Shown here in pieces: positions 27,507 through 32,000 of a stretch of DNA of 32,000 nt. The notes below the pieces were generated by a model that had not been told where the DNA came from, did no database searches, and worked only from the letters and a program-made list of their open reading frames with translations. The stretch is from Bacillus subtilis subsp. subtilis str. 168 (lineage in GTDB: Bacteria; Bacillota; Bacilli; Bacillales; Bacillaceae), in the NCBI RefSeq assembly GCF_000009045.1, contig NC_000964.3, positions 3,510,001-3,542,000 on the forward strand, given 5' to 3'. Positions within the stretch are counted from its first letter, which is position 1; each line of letters begins with the position of its first letter. Position numbers and translations under genes: made by a program.

Positions 27507-29057
27507 ATGAACTATATAAAAGCAGGCAAATGGCTAACCGTATTCCTAACCTTTTTAGGAATATTGCTGTTTATCGACTTATTTCCAAAAGAAGAACATG
27601 ACCAAAAAACAAAATCAAAACAGAAGCCGGACTACCGGGCGGCATATCATTTTACGACGCCGGATAAATGGAAAAATGACCCTCAAAAACCGATCTATTT
27701 TGATGGCAAGTATCATTATTTCTATCTATATAACCGGGATTACCCAAAAGGCAACGGCACAGAATGGCGCCATGCCGTCTCAGAGGATTTGGTGCACTGG
27801 ACCGATGAAGGCGTGGCGATTCCGAAATATACAAACCCGGACGGTGATATTTGGACCGGTTCCGTCGTGGTGGATAAAGAGAACACAGCCGGCTTCGGGA
27901 AAAATGCGCTTGTCGCGATTGTGACACAGCCCTCAGCCAAAGACAAAAAACAGGAACAATATTTGTGGTACAGCACAGATAAGGGAAAATCATTCAAATT
28001 CTACAGTGGCAACCCCGTTATGCCTAATCCGGGCACAGACGATTTCAGAGATCCGAAAGTCATATGGGATGACCAAGATAACAAATGGGTCATGGTCATG
28101 GCTGAAGGATCAAAAATCGGCTTTTATGAATCCGATAATCTTAAGGACTGGCATTACACAAGCGGATTCTTCCCAGAACAGGCGGGAATGGTGGAATGTC
28201 CCGACCTCTACATGATGCGGGCAAGCGACGGAACGAATAAGTGGGTTCTCGGTGCCAGCGCGAATGGCAAACCGTGGGGCAAACCAAATACGTACGCCTA
28301 CTGGACCGGAAGCTTCGACGGAAAAGAATTCAAAGCGGATCAGACTGAAGCCCAATGGCTTGACTATGGCTTCGACTGGTATGGCGGTGTGACGTTCGAA
28401 GACAGCAAAAGCACAGATCCATTAGAAAAGCGGTATGCGCTTGCCTGGATGAACAATTGGGATTATGCCAACAACACCCCGACAATGAAGAACGGCTTTA
28501 ACGGCACAGATTCTGTCATACGCGAACTCCGGCTGAAGGAGCAGGATGGAACATACAGCCTCGTCTCACAGCCGATTGAAGCTTTGGAGCAGCTGACTGT
28601 TTCAACTGACGAAATAGAGGATCAGGATGTGAACGGATCAAAAACATTGTCGATAACAGGTGATACGTACCAGCTTGATACGGATCTTTCTTGGTCAGAG
28701 CTAAAGAATGCAGGCGTCAGGCTCAGAGAATCAGAAGACCAAAAACGCCATATTGATGTCGGCATTTTCGCTGAAGGCGGCTATGCTTATGTCAATAGAG
28801 CAGCCACAAATCAGCCTGACAAAAGCAATACCTATGTCGAAAGCAAAGCTCCTTATGATGTAAACAAACGTAAGGTGCATTTGAAAATACTTGTCGATAA
28901 AACAACGATAGAAGTATTTGTTGGCGACGGGAAAACCGTTTTTTCAAATGAAGTCTTCCCAAAGCCTGAAGATAAAGGAATTACCCTTTATTCTGACGGC
29001 GGCACAGCCTCCTTCAAAAATATAACAGTGAAACACTTTGATTCGATTCATGAATAA
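27507..29057 (+). CDS. levB: LevB, endolevanase (GH32, 516 aa)
   Basis: Start MNYIKAGKWLTVFLTFLGILLFIDLF; WKNDPQKPIYFDGKYHYFY, FRDPKVIW, ECPDLY GH32 motifs. Confidence 0.95.
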   Translation: MNYIKAGKWLTVFLTFLGILLFIDLFPKEEHDQKTKSKQKPDYRAAYHFTTPDKWKNDPQKPIYFDGKYHYFYLYNRDYPKGNGTEWRHAVSEDLVHWTDEGVAIPKYTNPDGDIWTGSVVVDKENTAGFGKNALVAIVTQPSAKDKKQEQYLWYSTDKGKSFKFYSGNPVMPNPGTDDFRDPKVIWDDQDNKWVMVMAEGSKIGFYESDNLKDWHYTSGFFPEQAGMVECPDLYMMRASDGTNKWVLGASANGKPWGKPNTYAYWTGSFDGKEFKADQTEAQWLDYGFDWYGGVTFEDSKSTDPLEKRYALAWMNNWDYANNTPTMKNGFNGTDSVIRELRLKEQDGTYSLVSQPIEALEQLTVSTDEIEDQDVNGSKTLSITGDTYQLDTDLSWSELKNAGVRLRESEDQKRHIDVGIFAEGGYAYVNRAATNQPDKSNTYVESKAPYDVNKRKVHLKILVDKTTIEVFVGDGKTVFSNEVFPKPEDKGITLYSDGGTASFKNITVKHFDSIHE

Positions 29058-29090
29058 AAACAGGGGCGGCGCAGGCTGCCCCTGTTTTTT
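29057..29090 (+). terminator. levB terminator
   Basis: AAAACAGGGGC...GCCCCTGTTTTTTT. Confidence 0.9.
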
Positions 29091-29164
29091 TATTAGGAGC
29101 GGTATTCTCTGTTACATATTGGGCATTGTAAGGAATATAAGGCTGGTTTCAAAGGAGGAAGCGA

Positions 29165-30727
29165 ATGTCTAAACAAGGAAATTTTCAAAAATCAATGTCG
29201 CTGTTTGATCTGATTTTGATTGGGATGGGAGCCATCTTTGGATCAGCGTGGCTGTTCGCTGTCAGTAATGTCGCTTCAAAAGCAGGGCCCTCCGGCGCTT
29301 TTTCCTGGATCCTCGGAGGAGCCATTATTTTGTTAATCGGGCTTGTATATGCGGAGCTCGGAGCCGCTCTGCCCCGTACCGGAGGCATCATTCGATACCC
29401 CGTTTATTCACATGGCCACCTTGTCGGCTACTTAATTTCGTTTGTCACGATTGTCGCTTATACAAGCTTGATTTCAATTGAAGTGACAGCTGTGCGCCAG
29501 TATGTGGCCTATTGGTTTCCCGGCCTGACCATTAAAGGGTCTGATTCGCCTACCATTTCCGGCTGGATCTTGCAGTTTGCCCTATTATGCTTGTTTTTCC
29601 TGCTGAATTATTGGAGCGTCAAAACCTTCGCTAAGGCGAATTTCATCATATCGATTTTTAAATATATTGTGCCGATTACCATCATTATTGTGCTGATCTT
29701 TCATTTTCAGCCGGAGAATTTATCCGTTCAAGGATTTGCACCGTTTGGATTTACAGGTATTCAGGCTGCCATCTCGACAGGCGGCGTCATGTTTGCGTAT
29801 CTCGGCCTGCATCCGATTGTATCTGTAGCAGGTGAAGTCCAAAATCCAAAACGCAATATCCCGATCGCTTTAATCATTTGCATCATCGTTTCAACCATCA
29901 TTTATACTGTTTTGCAGGTCACCTTTATTGGTGCAATCCCGACAGAAACACTGAAACATGGCTGGCCGGCAATTGGCCGGGAGTTCTCATTGCCGTTTAA
30001 GGATATTGCGGTCATGCTCGGGTTAGGCTGGCTTGCAACGCTTGTCATTTTAGACGCCATTCTGTCTCCCGGAGGAAACGGGAATATCTTTATGAATACG
30101 ACATCCCGCCTTGTTTACGCCTGGGCGCGTAACGGCACATTATTTGGCATATTCTCAAAGGTCAATAAAGATACGGGGACACCCCGCGCTTCGCTTTGGC
30201 TTTCGTTTGCCCTGTCCATTTTCTGGACACTTCCCTTTCCTTCGTGGAACGCGCTCGTCAATGTCTGTTCAGTCGCGCTCATTCTTTCATATGCGATTGC
30301 ACCCATTTCTTCAGCTGCGCTGAGGGTCAACGCGAAGGACTTAAACAGGCCGTTTTATTTAAAGGGAATGAGCATTATCGGGCCGCTTTCCTTTATATTT
30401 ACAGCGTTTATCGTGTACTGGTCAGGATGGAAAACAGTCTCCTGGCTGCTCGGTTCACAACTCGTGATGTTTTTGATCTATCTCTGTTTCAGCAAATATA
30501 CGCCTAAAGAAGATGTCAGCCTTGCTCAGCAGCTGAAATCAGCCTGGTGGCTTATCGGGTTTTATATTATGATGCTGATCTTTTCCTACATCGGTTCTTT
30601 CGGACATGGTTTAGGGATTATCAGCAATCCCGTCGACCTCATTTTAGTCGCGATCGGCTCACTTGCGATTTATTACTGGGCAAAGTATACCGGGCTCCCA
30701 AAAGCCGCCATTGATTATGATAAATAA
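29165..30727 (+). CDS. yveA: YveA, amino-acid permease of APC family (aspartate/glutamate-proton symporter, 520 aa)
   Basis: N-terminal GMGAIFGSAWLFA consensus of APC permeases, about 12 hydrophobic segments. Confidence 0.93.
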   Translation: MSKQGNFQKSMSLFDLILIGMGAIFGSAWLFAVSNVASKAGPSGAFSWILGGAIILLIGLVYAELGAALPRTGGIIRYPVYSHGHLVGYLISFVTIVAYTSLISIEVTAVRQYVAYWFPGLTIKGSDSPTISGWILQFALLCLFFLLNYWSVKTFAKANFIISIFKYIVPITIIIVLIFHFQPENLSVQGFAPFGFTGIQAAISTGGVMFAYLGLHPIVSVAGEVQNPKRNIPIALIICIIVSTIIYTVLQVTFIGAIPTETLKHGWPAIGREFSLPFKDIAVMLGLGWLATLVILDAILSPGGNGNIFMNTTSRLVYAWARNGTLFGIFSKVNKDTGTPRASLWLSFALSIFWTLPFPSWNALVNVCSVALILSYAIAPISSAALRVNAKDLNRPFYLKGMSIIGPLSFIFTAFIVYWSGWKTVSWLLGSQLVMFLIYLCFSKYTPKEDVSLAQQLKSAWWLIGFYIMMLIFSYIGSFGHGLGIISNPVDLILVAIGSLAIYYWAKYTGLPKAAIDYDK

Positions 30728-30757
30728 AGAAGCAAGAGGTTTTCTTGCTTCTTTATT
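30723..30757. terminator. yveA terminator
   Basis: AATAAAGAAGCAAGA...TCTTGCTTCTTTATT. Confidence 0.85.
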
Positions 30758-30758
30758 C

Positions 30759-30787
30759 TTTACAAACAAACATACACGCGATAAAAT
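30759..30787 (+). promoter_or_regulatory. yvdT promoter (TTTACA-N17-TAAAAT)
   Basis: -35 at 30759-30764, -10 at 30782-30787. Confidence 0.6.
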
Positions 30788-30805
30788 GAATGAGAGTCAG
30801 TCATT
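30785..30805. promoter_or_regulatory. Candidate YvdT operator copy 1: AATGAATGAGAGTCAGTCATT
   Basis: TGAATGA-GAG-TCAGTCA dyad overlapping the -10; same motif recurs at 31448-31468. Confidence 0.65.
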
Positions 30806-30821
30806 ACTGGAGGTGTTCCTC

Positions 30822-31406
30822 ATGCCAAAACAAACATCGGGTAAATACGAAAAAATATTGCAGGCGGCCATAGAAGTCATTTCTGAAAAAGGCCTCGACA
30901 AAGCTTCTATTTCTGATATTGTCAAAAAGGCCGGCACTGCCCAAGGAACATTCTATTTGTATTTTTCATCTAAAAATGCCCTCATACCGGCCATTGCAGA
31001 AAATCTCCTCACCCATACACTTGATCAAATCAAAGGTAGGCTCCATGGGGACGAGGATTTTTGGACCGTTTTAGATATATTAATTGATGAGACATTTCTC
31101 ATTACAGAACGCCATAAGGATATTATTGTCCTCTGTTATTCCGGGCTTGCGATCGACCACTCCATGGAAAAATGGGAGACGATCTATCAGCCTTATTATT
31201 CCTGGCTTGAAAAAATCATCAACAAGGCCATTGCAAACCATGAGGTAACGGAAGGAATCAATTCAAAATGGACGGCCAGAACGATTATCAACTTGGTCGA
31301 GAATACTGCGGAACGATTCTATATCGGATTTGAACAAGATGAAAATGTTGAAGTGTATAAAAAGGAAATTTTCACTTTCTTAAAACGGAGCTTAGGTACT
31401 GCTTAA
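30822..31406 (+). CDS. yvdT: YvdT, TetR-family transcriptional regulator (194 aa)
   Basis: ILQAAIEVISEKGLDKASISDIVKKAGTAQGTFYLYFSSKNAL TetR HTH; start MPKQTSGKY. Confidence 0.94.
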   Translation: MPKQTSGKYEKILQAAIEVISEKGLDKASISDIVKKAGTAQGTFYLYFSSKNALIPAIAENLLTHTLDQIKGRLHGDEDFWTVLDILIDETFLITERHKDIIVLCYSGLAIDHSMEKWETIYQPYYSWLEKIINKAIANHEVTEGINSKWTARTIINLVENTAERFYIGFEQDENVEVYKKEIFTFLKRSLGTA

Positions 31407-31438
31407 AAAATGACTGGGTAACACCGCTCATTTTTTAA
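31403..31438 (+). repeat. TTAAAAAATGA...TCATTTTTTAA inverted repeat between yvdT and yvdS, possible weak terminator/attenuator
   Basis: 11-bp perfect stem, 14-nt loop, overlapping yvdT stop. Confidence 0.55.
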
Positions 31439-31447
31439 TGCCCTAAA

Positions 31448-31468
31448 AATGACTGACGTTCATTCATA
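31448..31468. promoter_or_regulatory. Candidate YvdT operator copy 2: AATGACTGACGTTCATTCATA
   Basis: Reverse complement of copy 1 shares AATGACTGACNNTCATTCAT. Confidence 0.65.
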
Positions 31469-31487
31469 AAATAGAGAGGTGTTTCAT

Positions 31488-31823
31488 TTGAATTGGGTTC
31501 TTGTTTTTATTGCAGGGCTTTTAGAGGTTGTTTGGGCCTCTTCCCTCAAACATGCCGATTCGCTTTTGGATTGGATCATCATTTTTATCTTAATCGCGGT
31601 CAGCTTTATCCTGTTGATCCGCTCTTATCAAAAAATCCCGATGGCCGCGGCGTACACTGTGTTTGTGGGAATCGGAACCGTCGGAACATATCTGACTGGA
31701 ATTGTTCTGGGCGAATCCTTCTCAGCAGCCCAAATGTTCTTTTTAGCTTTATTGCTGGCTGGCATTTTAGGAATGAAATTATTTACGAAAGAAAGCAAAT
31801 CTCAGCCGGGAGGTGAAAAATAA
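31488..31823 (+). CDS. yvdS: YvdS, small multidrug resistance (SMR) family subunit (111 aa), TTG start
   Basis: Four hydrophobic segments, WVLVFIAGLLEVVWASSLKHAD, AAYTVFVGIGTVGTYLTGIVLGE. Confidence 0.92.
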   Translation: MNWVLVFIAGLLEVVWASSLKHADSLLDWIIIFILIAVSFILLIRSYQKIPMAAAYTVFVGIGTVGTYLTGIVLGESFSAAQMFFLALLLAGILGMKLFTKESKSQPGGEK

Positions 31824-31999
31824 TGGCATGGTTTTTATTAGTGATTGCCGGCATAGAAGAAATTATAGCTGCCATTGCCATGAAATATATAGACGGAACA
31901 AGAAAAAAATGGCCGATCATTGTGATGACTGTTGGATTCGGCTTATCCTTTTACTGCCTGTCCCAAGCGATGATCGTCCTGCCTGCCGGAGTCGCATAT
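31823..31999 (+). CDS. yvdR: YvdR, partner SMR subunit, truncated by the window end
   Basis: ATG overlapping yvdS stop; MAWFLLVIAGIEEIIAAIAMKYIDGTRKKWPIIVMTVGFGLSFYCLSQAMIVLPAGVAY. Confidence 0.9.
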   Translation, partial: MAWFLLVIAGIEEIIAAIAMKYIDGTRKKWPIIVMTVGFGLSFYCLSQAMIVLPAGVAY

Positions 32000-32000
32000 G

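Noticed and set aside
1-31999. Search for insertion sequences, att sites, tRNA, CRISPR-like repeats
   Set aside because: No transposase or integrase sequence, no tRNA-like cloverleaf noticed, no regularly spaced repeats by eye. The printed last line ends at 31999 rather than 32000, which I take as a formatting detail.

Overview
The window is a Bacillus subtilis-type chromosomal segment whose gene order and protein sequences I recognise: lutR(partial)-lutP / sigL / yvfG / the complete 15-gene eps exopolysaccharide operon (epsA to epsO, minus strand) with the EAR antitermination RNA region between epsB and epsC / slrR / pnbA / a 63-aa membrane ORF / padC with a split DUF3237 gene (yveF/yveG) / racX-pbpE (SigW-type promoter) / sacB-levB (sucrose-inducible antitermination leader) / yveA / yvdT-yvdS-yvdR(partial). 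I found no mobile elements, CRISPR arrays, rRNA or tRNA. No wholly new system is evident. The parts worth a second look are: (1) an apparent 1-nt shortening of a poly-A tract near the 5' end of lutR; (2) two near-identical dyads, TGAnTGA-N3-TCAnTCA, upstream of both yvdT and yvdSR, which suggest a TetR-controlled SMR efflux pair; (3) an in-frame TGA splitting a DUF3237 gene next to padC; (4) a 63-aa membrane peptide coupled to pnbA; (5) a likely TTG start for epsC just downstream of the EAR region; (6) phased AACGA repeats around the slrR -10 element; (7) unexplained or only partly explained perfect dyads upstream of lutP and between pbpE and sacB. Family names and gene symbols rest on recognition of translated sequences, not on a database search.
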